Assembly: GCA_045613385.1 (NCBI GenBank)
Contig: JAZLAW010000002.1
Coordinates: forward strand, 8,630-72,629
DNA: 64,000 nt
Source: Acutalibacteraceae bacterium
Lineage (GTDB): Bacteria; Bacillota; Clostridia; Oscillospirales; Acutalibacteraceae
Direction of reading: 5' to 3'
A model generated the notes under the pieces. It did no database searches. It saw nothing but the letters and a program-made list of their open reading frames with translations, and had not been told where the DNA came from. Both the position numbers and the translations under genes were made by a program. Position 1 is the first letter of the stretch; each line of letters opens with the position of its first letter. Below are positions 9,788-19,524 of the stretch, one piece after another.

Positions 9788-9828
9788 AAACACTCCCCGA
9801 TTTACAGTATATGTTTTGGGGAGTGTTT
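9788..9828 (-). terminator. 11-bp hairpin acting as terminator and/or RBS sequestor between the hypothetical gene and the amidase gene
   Basis: AAACACTCCCC pairs perfectly with GGGGAGTGTTT across a 19-nt loop. The downstream arm on the minus strand contains the amidase SD (GGGGAG). Confidence 0.45.
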
Positions 9829-9836
9829 TGTTAAAA

Positions 9837-10376
9837 TTATTTATTGAGATTATATGCGGTAATCTCTTTTTTAACTACTGAAGCAAACCAACAGTAAAGC
9901 GCTTCGCCAAGTTCCTGATATATCGGGTCTCCATCGTGAGAACAAAGCATAGCAAAAGTTTGTCCGATTCTTCTATCAATTTCATTTTTACGGCGATACG
10001 CCAGATAATAGAACGAAAATGCACCTGTGTCACTGCAAGTATTATATATATCTGCCGCCTGATTTTTTAACGTATCGAGAAAACTTTTCTCTGCTATTCC
10101 CGCAACAGTATCATTAACACAATACTCATCGAGTGTTACAGTGACCGTAAAAGACAAAAGCAGTTGTCTTTGCGAGAGCATCTGTGAATCTGTATTATCA
10201 TCAGCAAAAACGGTATCAACATTTTTTAGGAATGTTTTTGCCACCGAATTACCCAGTTGTTTTGCGGACTTTTTTTGTTCGGATGAAAGTAATGTATCAA
10301 TAGAGTCCGAACTATTGCTCTTTATTGACTGTGATGGTCTACTGCCCGCAATTTTGATATCACTATCATCAAACAA
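9837..10376 (-). CDS. Hypothetical protein
   Basis: 179-aa ORF in the operon-like minus-strand run. Ser/Asp-rich N-terminus, no recognisable motif. Confidence 0.4.
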   Translation of the reverse strand: MFDDSDIKIAGSRPSQSIKSNSSDSIDTLLSSEQKKSAKQLGNSVAKTFLKNVDTVFADDNTDSQMLSQRQLLLSFTVTVTLDEYCVNDTVAGIAEKSFLDTLKNQAADIYNTCSDTGAFSFYYLAYRRKNEIDRRIGQTFAMLCSHDGDPIYQELGEALYCWFASVVKKEITAYNLNK

Positions 10377-10377
10377 A

Positions 10378-10638
10378 CTAATCCACCCTGCTTTCTTTAT
10401 AATTTTTTAGTGCAGCTGCCAACTGTGCTGGACAAGAAGTCTGCTTAAAACCGCATTTGATGTTTTCGAGTTTTTCAATAACTTCATCAATTTTCATGCC
10501 GACAACTAAATTAGAAATGCCTTTCAGATTTCCGTTGCAACCACCTGTAAAGATAACGGATTTAATTATACCGTTATCATCGACATCTATTTCTATATTA
10601 CGTGAACAAACGCTGACAGGTGTATAATTAAACTTCAT
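10378..10638 (-). CDS. TIGR03905-type 4-Cys (TSCPD-like) protein
   Basis: The ATG at 10638 has an AAGGAG RBS. FTGGCNGN and KCG...SCPAQLA cysteine motifs. Confidence 0.7.
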   Translation of the reverse strand: MKFNYTPVSVCSRNIEIDVDDNGIIKSVIFTGGCNGNLKGISNLVVGMKIDEVIEKLENIKCGFKQTSCPAQLAAALKNYKESRVD

Positions 10639-11032
10639 TTTTAAAACTCCTTGAAAAATTCGCTTCTTTAAATAATTTTTGAGTATAAGAACTAACCATT
10701 TCAAAAGTATTTCGAAAATAACATTCTCCCTTGGGATGAGTACAAATGAGACTGTCTTTTTGGCAACTGCTAAAAGTAATCGGACCCGAAATTAAAGCTA
10801 TTACATCGTAAAGAGTAATATTCTCGGGCTCCTTAGCTAAAACATATCCGCCCTTTGCACCTTTATACGACTTTACTATTCCGCCTTTGGATAGCTTATG
10901 AAGTATTTTTAAAGTATAACGCGGTGTTACTCCCGTCCGCTCAGAAATACTTCCTGCATCAAGTTTTTCACCTGTTTCTGCAAGACAAGCAACAATTCTT
11001 ATAGCATAATCTGTTTCACAGTTCAGAAGCAT
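10628..11032 (-). CDS. Rrf2 family transcriptional regulator
   Basis: Begins ETDYAIRIV and carries a winged-helix motif (RYTLKILHKLSKGGIVKSYKGAKGGY). Confidence 0.85.
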   Translation of the reverse strand: MLLNCETDYAIRIVACLAETGEKLDAGSISERTGVTPRYTLKILHKLSKGGIVKSYKGAKGGYVLAKEPENITLYDVIALISGPITFSSCQKDSLICTHPKGECYFRNTFEMVSSYTQKLFKEANFSRSFKNEV

Positions 11033-11036
11033 ATTA

Positions 11037-12095
11037 TTATCTATCCTTAAATTTATTACTACGTACCGGATGACGCAATTTTCTGAGAGCTTTAGCTTCT
11101 ATCTGTCTGATACGTTCTCTTGTTACGTTGAACTCCATACCAACTTCTTCAAGTGTATGACATCTTCCATCGTGTAAACCAAAGCGCAAACGTATTACGG
11201 CTTCTTCACGCGGAGTAAGGGTTTTAAGAACACTGTCAATATCTTCATTTGTAATAGTTTTAAGAGCTGCGTCATCTGGAGCCAAAGCATCATCATCGCG
11301 TATAAAATCCATAAGACGACTGTCTTCTTCAGGCCCGATGGGTGTTTCCATAGAAACCGGTTCCTGTGCTACGCGCATAATTTCGCGAACACGCTCAACC
11401 GATAAGTTCATTTTCTCAGCAATGAGTTCTTCACTCGGCTCATATCCGTTTTCGTGGAGTAACTGACTCTGAATTTTTTTAAGTCGGTTGATGGTTTCTA
11501 CCATATGAACAGGGATACGGATGGTTCTTGCCTGGTCTGCGATAGCACGTGTAATTGCCTGTCTAATCCACCAGGTAGCATATGTTGAGAATTTAAAGCC
11601 TTTTGTATAGTCAAATTTATCAACAGCTTTTATAAGACCAACATTGCCTTCCTGTATTAAATCAAGGAAATACATTCCCCTACCAACATATTTTTTGGCA
11701 ATACTTACAACAAGTCTTAAGTTAGCTTCGGTTAAACGTTGCTTTGCCAATTCATCCCCGTTGCTAAGTTTAATGGCAAGTTCAATTTCCTCATCAGATG
11801 ACAAAAGCGGAACTCGACCGATTTCTCTAAGATAAACCTTTACCGGGTCATCAAGAGCCACCATATCAATATTGACATCATCTTCCAACTCATCAATGTT
11901 AATTTCTTCGAGTTTTAATTCATCATCAGTAGGCTCCCCATCTAACTCCAAAAGCGGCGGTTCGGCAAAAAGTTCATCAATATCATCCGGAGCATTTTCA
12001 AGGTCATCTAAAGAATCGCCCTTGGTTTCACTTTCTTCATATTCTGAAACATCTTTGATATTTAAATTTTCGTTGTTTTCTAATTCCTTTTTCAT
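11037..12095 (-). CDS. rpoD: Primary RNA polymerase sigma factor RpoD/SigA
   Basis: Acidic N-terminus. Regions 2-4 are present ([49 protein letters not shown]). Confidence 0.95.
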   Translation of the reverse strand: MKKELENNENLNIKDVSEYEESETKGDSLDDLENAPDDIDELFAEPPLLELDGEPTDDELKLEEINIDELEDDVNIDMVALDDPVKVYLREIGRVPLLSSDEEIELAIKLSNGDELAKQRLTEANLRLVVSIAKKYVGRGMYFLDLIQEGNVGLIKAVDKFDYTKGFKFSTYATWWIRQAITRAIADQARTIRIPVHMVETINRLKKIQSQLLHENGYEPSEELIAEKMNLSVERVREIMRVAQEPVSMETPIGPEEDSRLMDFIRDDDALAPDDAALKTITNEDIDSVLKTLTPREEAVIRLRFGLHDGRCHTLEEVGMEFNVTRERIRQIEAKALRKLRHPVRSNKFKDR

Positions 12096-12098
12096 TCC

Positions 12099-13856
12099 CT
12101 ATTCTCCCTTTTTAATATTAATAATATCCTGAAGATTCTTTTCCCAATCTTCAACCGAAGAATCTCCGGCATTCCCCAATGCCTTAATTCTACTTTCACT
12201 GATTATAACATTAATACAGTCATATAAAACATCTTCGGCGTTTTCAACACCGTTTTGCAATGAAACAATATATCCAAGTTCCGATGGTGAAAACCTATCT
12301 CCTAAAAAGGATATATCTATCGCTTTATTATCAATTAAAATATCCGCAAATTCGGTATATATTCGTTTATTAAGCTCCGACACCATCTGTTGCGGTTTTA
12401 ATTTTTCGTACGCTTTTTCAAACAAATCCGGGTGTTGCATCAAAACCGACAAAAAGGTTTCTTCCGCCGCCACAATTTTAGGAATAATACGTTTTTCAGG
12501 GTTGACATCGTTTCGGGTAAATTTTGGAGTTAAGATATCATTAATTTCCTTTTTAATGCGTTGCTTTGAACGGTTTGAGCGTTTTTCTTTGATTTTTGCA
12601 GCTAATGCGGTCTTTGAAACACCGTATTTTTGTGACAATTTACTTTCATACAAATCTACCGTTAATGCATCATCTACCGTTGCCAAAACTTCTGCGGCTT
12701 TTATCAAGTATTTCAGTCTGCCATCATCCGACACCATATCAATGCCCTCGGCGGCGCGCAGTAGCCTATATTCTATATCGCTTACCGCACCGTCAAGCAA
12801 CATTCTGAATCTTGCAGGACCATTTTTTTTAATAAACTCATCTGGGTCCTTGCACTCCGGCAAAACCAAAACACGAATCGGAACACCTAAATCTTTCATA
12901 GTCTCAAGCGCTCTCATAACCGCCTTTTGACCCGCGGCATCTGCATCAAGCGTTACAACTATTTCTTTTGTGTAACGGCTAAGTAATTTTGCCTGTTCTA
13001 TCGTGAAAGCTGTACCAAGCGGTGCTACAGTGTTTACAAAACCAGCCTGTTGAAGTGAAACAACATCCATATTGCCTTCAACAAGAATTATACGTTCACT
13101 GCAATCATTTTTAGCAAAGTTAATACCAAACAGGTTTTGACCTTTTTTATATACTAATGTATCAGTTGTATTAATAAATTTGGCAGCTTTTTCGTCCAGT
13201 GGATTTTTTCTGCCGCTAAAAGCAATTACATTACCGCGTAAATTTATAATTGGAAACATAACTCTGTTTCGGAAACGGTCATAAAACTTGCCGGAACTGT
13301 TCTTTGAAATAACATTTGCCTGTAACATATCGGCTTCGGAATAGCCCAACTTTTTAAGGTGACGAAGCAGTAAATCCCATTCGTTTGGTGCCGCGCCTAA
13401 ACCAAAATGTTTAATCGTTTTAAGGCTTAGCCCACGCCCTATAAGATAATCAAGCGCCCATTTTCCACCCTGTGACATTAAATACTGATGAAAAAATCTT
13501 GCGGCATCTTTATTTATGTTAAGAATATTTTGCCTGAGTTTCTGCATTGAATCATCATAACTGTCGTCCGGCAACGCCACACCCGAACGCTCAGCCAATA
13601 ATTTTACAGCTTCTATATAATCCAAATTCTCAATTAATTTAGTAAAGGTAAAAATGTCTCCACCGACACCGCAACCAAAGCAATAAAATGAACCATTATC
13701 GGGATATAACGTAAAAGAAGGCGTCTTTTCGTTATGGAAAGGACAAAGACCAATTAGATTTTTACCTCTGCGTTTCAAATTAACGTAAGGAGATATAACT
13801 GTTTCAATATCGTTTCGGTATTTTATTTCAGATAAAATTTCTTCCGGAATTGCCAA
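12099..13856 (-). CDS. dnaG: DNA primase
   Basis: Zinc ribbon CPFHNEKTPSF...CFGCG, TOPRIM EGNMDV and DADAAG motifs. Canonical dnaG-rpoD order. Confidence 0.95.
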   Translation of the reverse strand: MAIPEEILSEIKYRNDIETVISPYVNLKRRGKNLIGLCPFHNEKTPSFTLYPDNGSFYCFGCGVGGDIFTFTKLIENLDYIEAVKLLAERSGVALPDDSYDDSMQKLRQNILNINKDAARFFHQYLMSQGGKWALDYLIGRGLSLKTIKHFGLGAAPNEWDLLLRHLKKLGYSEADMLQANVISKNSSGKFYDRFRNRVMFPIINLRGNVIAFSGRKNPLDEKAAKFINTTDTLVYKKGQNLFGINFAKNDCSERIILVEGNMDVVSLQQAGFVNTVAPLGTAFTIEQAKLLSRYTKEIVVTLDADAAGQKAVMRALETMKDLGVPIRVLVLPECKDPDEFIKKNGPARFRMLLDGAVSDIEYRLLRAAEGIDMVSDDGRLKYLIKAAEVLATVDDALTVDLYESKLSQKYGVSKTALAAKIKEKRSNRSKQRIKKEINDILTPKFTRNDVNPEKRIIPKIVAAEETFLSVLMQHPDLFEKAYEKLKPQQMVSELNKRIYTEFADILIDNKAIDISFLGDRFSPSELGYIVSLQNGVENAEDVLYDCINVIISESRIKALGNAGDSSVEDWEKNLQDIINIKKGE

Positions 13857-13877
13857 AGTTATTCCTCCTTTTTTAAA

Positions 13878-14876
13878 TTATAAATTCCAGGATTTCGGTA
13901 TGTAAATGTCACTATACGCAACGGTTGCGTAATGGTCGGTCATACCCGCTATATAGTCAACAACCGCGCGTTCTATACCTTCGTTTTCCATAATCTTTTT
14001 ATATTCAAAAACAAGCTTTTCGGGATGTGACATATAATAATCGAAAAGTCCCTTAATTATTCCAAAGACTTTACTTTCTTCACTCTTAGCTTTTGGATTA
14101 CGATATACACTTTCAAAAAGATATTCGTGCAGAATATCATAATATTTATTTGTGTACTCATCTAATTTTACAAAATCGGTACTATTGTTCACAACCGACG
14201 TTACCAAGGCATCAATTCGCTCACTCTTGGTACTGCCGAGTGCAGAGACAACATCTCTTGGTAAATCATTCTCAGAAATTATACCGCCGCGTATTGCATC
14301 GTCTATATCGTGATTAATATATGCAATACGGTCGGAAACGCGAACAACTTGTCCTTCAAGAGTAGAAGCCCAGTTACCTTTTGTATGACATAAAATACCA
14401 TCAAGTACTTCTGTAGTAAGATTGAGCCCTTCGCCTGATTTTTCAATCACTTTGCATACTCTGACACTTTGAGCATAATGTGTAAAATCGAATGAAGCCA
14501 ACTCATTTAAAGCTCTTTCCCCTGCATGACCAAACGGAGTGTGACCAAGGTCGTGGCCCAAGGCAATAGCTTCGGTAAGGTCTTCATTAAGTCTTAACGC
14601 ACGTGAAATAGTACGTGCAATCTGAGCAACCTCCAGCGTATGCGTAAGACGTGTCCTATAGTGGTCAGATTCGGGCGACAAAAAAACCTGGGTTTTATGC
14701 TTGAGCCTTCTGAAAGCTTTTGAATGAATAATTCTGTCACGGTCTCTCTGAAATTCAGTTCTTAAAGAACATTTTTCTTCATAAACTTCTCGACCTTGAG
14801 AATTGCAACTGAGCATTGCCTTATCAGATAAAAACAATTTTTCTCTCTGTTCAAATTCTTCCCTAAAATTTGCCAT
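13878..14876 (-). CDS. dGTPase-like deoxyribonucleoside triphosphate triphosphohydrolase (HD domain)
   Basis: The ATG at 14876 has a GGAGGA RBS. F.RDRDRIIHS, RTRLTHTLEV and GHDLGHTPFGH motifs. Confidence 0.85.
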   Translation of the reverse strand: MANFREEFEQREKLFLSDKAMLSCNSQGREVYEEKCSLRTEFQRDRDRIIHSKAFRRLKHKTQVFLSPESDHYRTRLTHTLEVAQIARTISRALRLNEDLTEAIALGHDLGHTPFGHAGERALNELASFDFTHYAQSVRVCKVIEKSGEGLNLTTEVLDGILCHTKGNWASTLEGQVVRVSDRIAYINHDIDDAIRGGIISENDLPRDVVSALGSTKSERIDALVTSVVNNSTDFVKLDEYTNKYYDILHEYLFESVYRNPKAKSEESKVFGIIKGLFDYYMSHPEKLVFEYKKIMENEGIERAVVDYIAGMTDHYATVAYSDIYIPKSWNL

Positions 14877-14940
14877 AATTCCTCCAAGAATGCTTTCTTT
14901 AATAATATATTCGTTAAAAAATGCCAAAAACCTTTAAAAT

Positions 14941-15573
14941 TTATAAATTTTTCTTAAAAGGTGCATAAAATTCATCTATTTCTTGAATTTTAACTCTGCC
15001 GTTTAAAGAATTAATCAGTTTTTCAGAAAAATTATTATAAAATACTTCTTCAATATTAGCCTTAATTATTACATCGGATAAAAATTCTGTATGTACAATT
15101 TCAGCAGAAAAGTTCTCCAATATTTTTTTCACAATTTCAAACTGATTATATTCACATTTGATATTAATAGAAATACAGTTACGCATTTCATAAATTTCCG
15201 AACCTTCAACCGCTTTTGCCGCAGCAGAAGAATAAGCCCGAACAAGACCCCCTGTTCCAAGCAATACTCCACCAAAATAACGGGTTACAACGATAACAAC
15301 ATTTTTCAGTTTGTTACCCAAAATTACATCCAGGACAGGTTTGCCGGCGGTTCCGTGGGGTTCATTATCATCCGAAAAACGCGCCACATTACCTTTTTCT
15401 AAAACAAATGCATAGACATTATGTTTTGCATCCCAGTATTTTGATTTGATATCCGAGATAAATTCAAATGCTTCTGTTTCACTCTCTACATGAGAAATTG
15501 TAGCTATGAAACGAGAGCGTTTTTCAGTTATTTCTGCATTACAAGTATTTAAAACAGTTGAAAAAAGTTCCAT
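14941..15573 (-). CDS. yigZ: YigZ/IMPACT family protein
   Basis: ITEKRSRFIA and DDNEPHGTAGKP motifs. Confidence 0.8.
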   Translation of the reverse strand: MELFSTVLNTCNAEITEKRSRFIATISHVESETEAFEFISDIKSKYWDAKHNVYAFVLEKGNVARFSDDNEPHGTAGKPVLDVILGNKLKNVVIVVTRYFGGVLLGTGGLVRAYSSAAAKAVEGSEIYEMRNCISINIKCEYNQFEIVKKILENFSAEIVHTEFLSDVIIKANIEEVFYNNFSEKLINSLNGRVKIQEIDEFYAPFKKNL

Positions 15574-15602
15574 AACTATCCTCCGGTCTTACTGTCTTTA
15601 AG

Positions 15603-15633
15603 TAAAAGAAAACCGTAACCAAGCGGTTACGGT
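15603..15633 (-). terminator. rpmE terminator
   Basis: ACCGTAACC-AAGC-GGTTACGGT hairpin followed by a T-run on the minus strand. Confidence 0.75.
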
Positions 15634-15649
15634 ATACTTTAAAAATAAC

Positions 15650-15853
15650 TTACTTGTCCAAGCCAAAACGTTTCTTAAATCTGTCAACACGTCCGCCTGT
15701 ATCAACGAGTTTCTGTCTTCCGGTAAAGAACGGATGACATTTTGAGCAGATATCCAAATGAATATCTTTCTTTGTTGAGCTTGTTTCAAACTCTGCACCG
15801 CAAGCACATTTAATTACAGTCTTTTCATACTGTGGATGAATACCCTGTTTCAT
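15650..15853 (-). CDS. rpmE: 50S ribosomal protein L31 (zinc-binding type A)
   Basis: MKQGIHPQY start with an AAAGGGGTGA RBS. CxC...[10 protein letters not shown] motif. Confidence 0.95.
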   Translation of the reverse strand: MKQGIHPQYEKTVIKCACGAEFETSSTKKDIHLDICSKCHPFFTGRQKLVDTGGRVDRFKKRFGLDK

Positions 15854-15924
15854 GGTGTCACCCCTTTCAAAAATTCGATAACATAGTGATGATACCATAA
15901 CTCACGCAAAAATGCAAGTAAAAT

Positions 15925-16539
15925 TTACTTATTTATAAGAATTTTTTTAATATGCTGATAAATTTCTACCGTTTTAAAGCGTATTTGGTAGTTTTGCGGC
16001 TCAGTAGCAATTTTAGCAGTCTCTGAACTTACACATTCAGTAAGACTCGCGTCACTTGCAGCCGGGAGACAAAGCGCCGGAAACATAACGCACCACCAAT
16101 TCTTACCTTTTGCTTCGCCGATTTTTACAATCAGTGCATCATATATACCTGCCGGAAGTGTAAAATCATCATATTCTCTTGTATTGAAATATGATTTATC
16201 AACCTGTATGGTTGCTTCATAATTATATCCGTTTTCCTTAATTACATTTTTTACAATTTTTAAAATTTTTTCTTTATTTTTTTCAGCAATGATAATAGCT
16301 TCGGATAAATCAGCGCATTTATCAAACGGCAAAACATCTGCATTTATTACTGCATCTCTGACTTTCAGTTTTAAATTCTGGTCTTCTTCACTATCAGAAT
16401 TAGCTAAAATATGCAGTCTTAATACATTATTTCTCAAATCATCGCATTTCGACTCAAAAGCCACCGCATCTACAGAAACAGTCAAAATCAATGCAATCAA
16501 AAAAGCAATTATTAAGTTCTTCTTGTTTATCTTCTTCAT
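15925..16539 (-). CDS. spoIIR: Stage II sporulation protein R
   Basis: The ATG at 16539 has an AGGAGTG RBS. Signal anchor plus the LRLHILANSDSEEDQ.LKLKVRD signature. Confidence 0.9.
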   Translation of the reverse strand: MKKINKKNLIIAFLIALILTVSVDAVAFESKCDDLRNNVLRLHILANSDSEEDQNLKLKVRDAVINADVLPFDKCADLSEAIIIAEKNKEKILKIVKNVIKENGYNYEATIQVDKSYFNTREYDDFTLPAGIYDALIVKIGEAKGKNWWCVMFPALCLPAASDASLTECVSSETAKIATEPQNYQIRFKTVEIYQHIKKILINK

Positions 16540-16594
16540 AAAAAACACTCCTGTCTTTTCTATTCAAACTGAATATTGACAGAAGTGTATTTTT

Positions 16595-17443
16595 TTATTC
16601 AAATATTATAGCTTTTTTTGTCGGTTGCGTAATATATGCTTCGTATCCTTTTTCCTTTAAGTGCTCTGTACAACCATTAGCAGAAGCTTTTTCAGAAAAC
16701 AAAATGAAATATGTCGGACCGCTACCGCTGAGTGAAAGAGTTAAAGGATTAAATTCACTTGCTATACTCTTAATTTCAGAATCATCCCAAGCTACCGCAA
16801 AAGAGTTTTTTAATTGTTTTGAAATCGCATTTATATTTGCGCTATTAATACCGGTGACCACCGATAATGTATCGCTGTGAATCTTCACATCACTCTTATC
16901 AATCAAATCGTACATATACTTGGTTGATTTTTTATTTTCTTTTTTTGCTAATACGATATAGCAATCGGGAAAATCAGATAACGGTGTACAAACTTCACCT
17001 ATACCACTCACAAGCACCGTACCGCCATATAAAAAATACGGCACATCGGCGCCAAGTGATAACGCTAACTCGGAAAGAATTTCAAAATTTAATGGGTTGC
17101 CAAACAATTCATTTATTCCTAACAATACCGCTGCGGCATCGGTGCTTCCGCCACCAAGACCCGCAGATAACGGTATGTTTTTGTCTACGTGAATTTTAAC
17201 GCCGCTTTTGCGATTAACACGCTCAAGAAAACTTCGGGCAGCACGATAGCAAATATCATTTTCATTGCCGAGTGTATTATTTGATGAAGTTACAATTATG
17301 TCACCATTCGTTAGCTCTAATGAAATTTCATCAAACAGGCTAACAGACTGCATAACTGTATTTAACAAGTGATATCCGTCGTTTCTCACACCGACAATAT
17401 CAAGTGATAAATTAATTTTTGCTGCAGCTTTGATTTTCAACAT
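16595..17443 (-). CDS. ispE: 4-diphosphocytidyl-2-C-methyl-D-erythritol kinase
   Basis: AKINL.L.I and GHMP-kinase PLSAGLGGGSTDAAA motifs. Confidence 0.9.
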   Translation of the reverse strand: MLKIKAAAKINLSLDIVGVRNDGYHLLNTVMQSVSLFDEISLELTNGDIIVTSSNNTLGNENDICYRAARSFLERVNRKSGVKIHVDKNIPLSAGLGGGSTDAAAVLLGINELFGNPLNFEILSELALSLGADVPYFLYGGTVLVSGIGEVCTPLSDFPDCYIVLAKKENKKSTKYMYDLIDKSDVKIHSDTLSVVTGINSANINAISKQLKNSFAVAWDDSEIKSIASEFNPLTLSLSGSGPTYFILFSEKASANGCTEHLKEKGYEAYITQPTKKAIIFE

Positions 17444-17444
17444 A

Positions 17445-18626
17445 TCAAGCGTTCCCTTTAATTTTATCTAAAAATAATCCGATGCGTTTTAATGCTTCAT
17501 TTATATGGTTAACCGAATAGCAGTATGAAGCTCTGACAAAACCTTCGCCACCAAGACCAAAAGCATTACCTGGCACTAATGCAACGTGCTGGTCGTTAAG
17601 TAATTGTTCGCAAAATTCTTCACTTGATAGACCGGTACTACTAATACAAGGAAACGCATAAAATGCGCCCTTGGGCACACGACAGGTCAACCCTAAGTCA
17701 TTAAATCCCTTAACAATCAATCTTCTCCGGGCATCATATTCTTCAAGCATTGCCTCAACCGAACTATCGCTATTCTTTAAAGCTTCGATTGCCGCAAATT
17801 GTGATGTTGTGGGTGCACACATTATCGCATACTGGTGAATTTTTGTAATGTGTTTAATAATTTCCTTTGGGCCACATGCAAAACCTAAACGCCAGCCGGT
17901 CATAGAAAAGGCTTTTGAAAAGCCGTTGACGACAACCGTACGCTCACGCATACCGTCAATAGCCGCAAAAGAAGTATGGCGACTGTTACCAAATGTCAAT
18001 TCAGCATAAATTTCATCAGAAAGAACTAATATATCAGTATCTTTAAGTACTTCCGCAATTTTTTTAAGGTCATCCTTCTCCATTACTGCACCTGTAGGAT
18101 TGCAAGGATAAGGTAAAATTAATACTTTTGTTTTATCGGTAATCTTTTCCTTTAATTCTTCCGGTGTTACTTTAAAATTATTTTCTGCCTTGGTTTCAAT
18201 AATTACCGGTACACCACCGACCAACCTGGTAATCGGTTCATAACAAACATAACTAGGTTGCGGAATAATAACTTCATCACCGAGTGACACTACTGCACGT
18301 AGAAACAAATCTATAGCTTCGCTGCCGCCAACAGTAACAAGTACTTCACTACTACCATCGTAATCCAGAGCGTATTTGCGTTTTAAATAAACCGAAATTT
18401 CCTTTCTGAGAGCTTCTAATCCTTTATTTGATGTGTAACGGGTTTTACTTTGTTCGAGCGAACGTATCCCCGCACTTCTAATATTCCAAGGGGTTGGAAA
18501 ATCAGGTTCACCCACACCGAGCGAAATTACATCTTCCATTTTTTCAGCAACATCAAAAAATTTTCGGATTCCAGACGGCTTTATGTCAACGACAGTAGGA
18601 TTTAATATTGTACTATAATCCATCAC
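17445..18626 (-). CDS. Class I/II PLP-dependent aminotransferase (aspartate/aromatic type)
   Basis: LGVGEPDF, NPTG and SKAFSMTGWRLG (PLP lysine) motifs. Confidence 0.85.
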   Translation of the reverse strand: MMDYSTILNPTVVDIKPSGIRKFFDVAEKMEDVISLGVGEPDFPTPWNIRSAGIRSLEQSKTRYTSNKGLEALRKEISVYLKRKYALDYDGSSEVLVTVGGSEAIDLFLRAVVSLGDEVIIPQPSYVCYEPITRLVGGVPVIIETKAENNFKVTPEELKEKITDKTKVLILPYPCNPTGAVMEKDDLKKIAEVLKDTDILVLSDEIYAELTFGNSRHTSFAAIDGMRERTVVVNGFSKAFSMTGWRLGFACGPKEIIKHITKIHQYAIMCAPTTSQFAAIEALKNSDSSVEAMLEEYDARRRLIVKGFNDLGLTCRVPKGAFYAFPCISSTGLSSEEFCEQLLNDQHVALVPGNAFGLGGEGFVRASYCYSVNHINEALKRIGLFLDKIKGNA

Positions 18627-19105
18627 AGTGAGAGCATCCCCCTGTCATCTGTCGTTCCTTCACAAAGTACCACATCCATTTCTTTATATCTTCTTAAAAC
18701 AAAATGTGTTGCCGTTGAAATAACAGAATCCATAGTAGATAACTCTTTCGCTACGAACATAGCCACCTGATGGAATGTCTTGCCCTTTACTATAACACAA
18801 AGGTCGTAACCGCCCGACATAAGATAAACTGATTCTACTTCATCATATTTCATTACCCTATTTGCAATTTCTTCAAATCCATGCGTGGCCTTTGGGGTTA
18901 CCTTTAACTCAATTAAAGCAGAGACGTATGCCGTATCAAGTTTTTCCCAGTCAATAACCGCTTTGTAACCGCGTATAAGTCCTGCCTGTTCCATAGTTTT
19001 AATTTCTTCACACACAGTATCTTCCGATAACCCTGACATAGTGGCAATCTCCGATATAGAATAACGGGCATTTTTATTGAGTAAACGCAAAATCTTCATA
19101 TTCAT
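18623..19105 (-). CDS. Lrp/AsnC family transcriptional regulator
   Basis: The ATG at 19105 has an AAAGGTGA RBS. HTH (ILRLLNKNARYSISEIA) plus a RAM/AsnC C-terminal domain. Overlaps the aminotransferase start. Confidence 0.85.
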   Translation of the reverse strand: MNMKILRLLNKNARYSISEIATMSGLSEDTVCEEIKTMEQAGLIRGYKAVIDWEKLDTAYVSALIELKVTPKATHGFEEIANRVMKYDEVESVYLMSGGYDLCVIVKGKTFHQVAMFVAKELSTMDSVISTATHFVLRRYKEMDVVLCEGTTDDRGMLSL

Positions 19106-19245
19106 AACAAATCTCACCTTTCAATCAAAAATAGACCTTTTTGATATAATAACACATTTTTTTGCAAAAATATAGTCTTTTTTATATTTACTTTATAATT
19201 TCTGTATGTTATTATATTAAATATAAAAATTTTAGGAGTGATATT

Positions 19246-19515
19246 ATGAACGCGGTAATTACTGTTGTTGGTAAAGATACAGTAGGTATTCTTGCAAAAG
19301 TTTCATCTAAATGTGCAGAATACAACGTGAATATTGCAGAAGTCTCTCAGACCGTTTTGCACGGTATGTTCTGCATGATTATGATTGGTGATGTAAATAA
19401 TCTCAAAGGCAATTTTGGTGAGTTTGCAGAAACTCTTTCTAAATTTGGAAAAGAAATGAATTTAAAAATAAGTGTTATGCACGAAGATATTTTTAATTCT
19501 ATGCATAAAATATAG
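19246..19515 (+). CDS. ACT-domain protein (UPF0237)
   Basis: The ATG at 19246 has a TAGGAGTG RBS. Begins VITVVGKDTVGILA. Conserved partner of UPF0210. Confidence 0.85.
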   Translation: MNAVITVVGKDTVGILAKVSSKCAEYNVNIAEVSQTVLHGMFCMIMIGDVNNLKGNFGEFAETLSKFGKEMNLKISVMHEDIFNSMHKI

Positions 19516-19524
19516 GTGATACCA

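Noticed and set aside
12502-12930. 142-aa plus-strand ORF (and the 70-aa ORF at 12596-12808)
   Set aside because: Antisense within dnaG, with no independent support.
15598-15807. 69-aa minus-strand ORF overlapping rpmE
   Set aside because: It is an alternative frame of the L31 gene and runs through its terminator.
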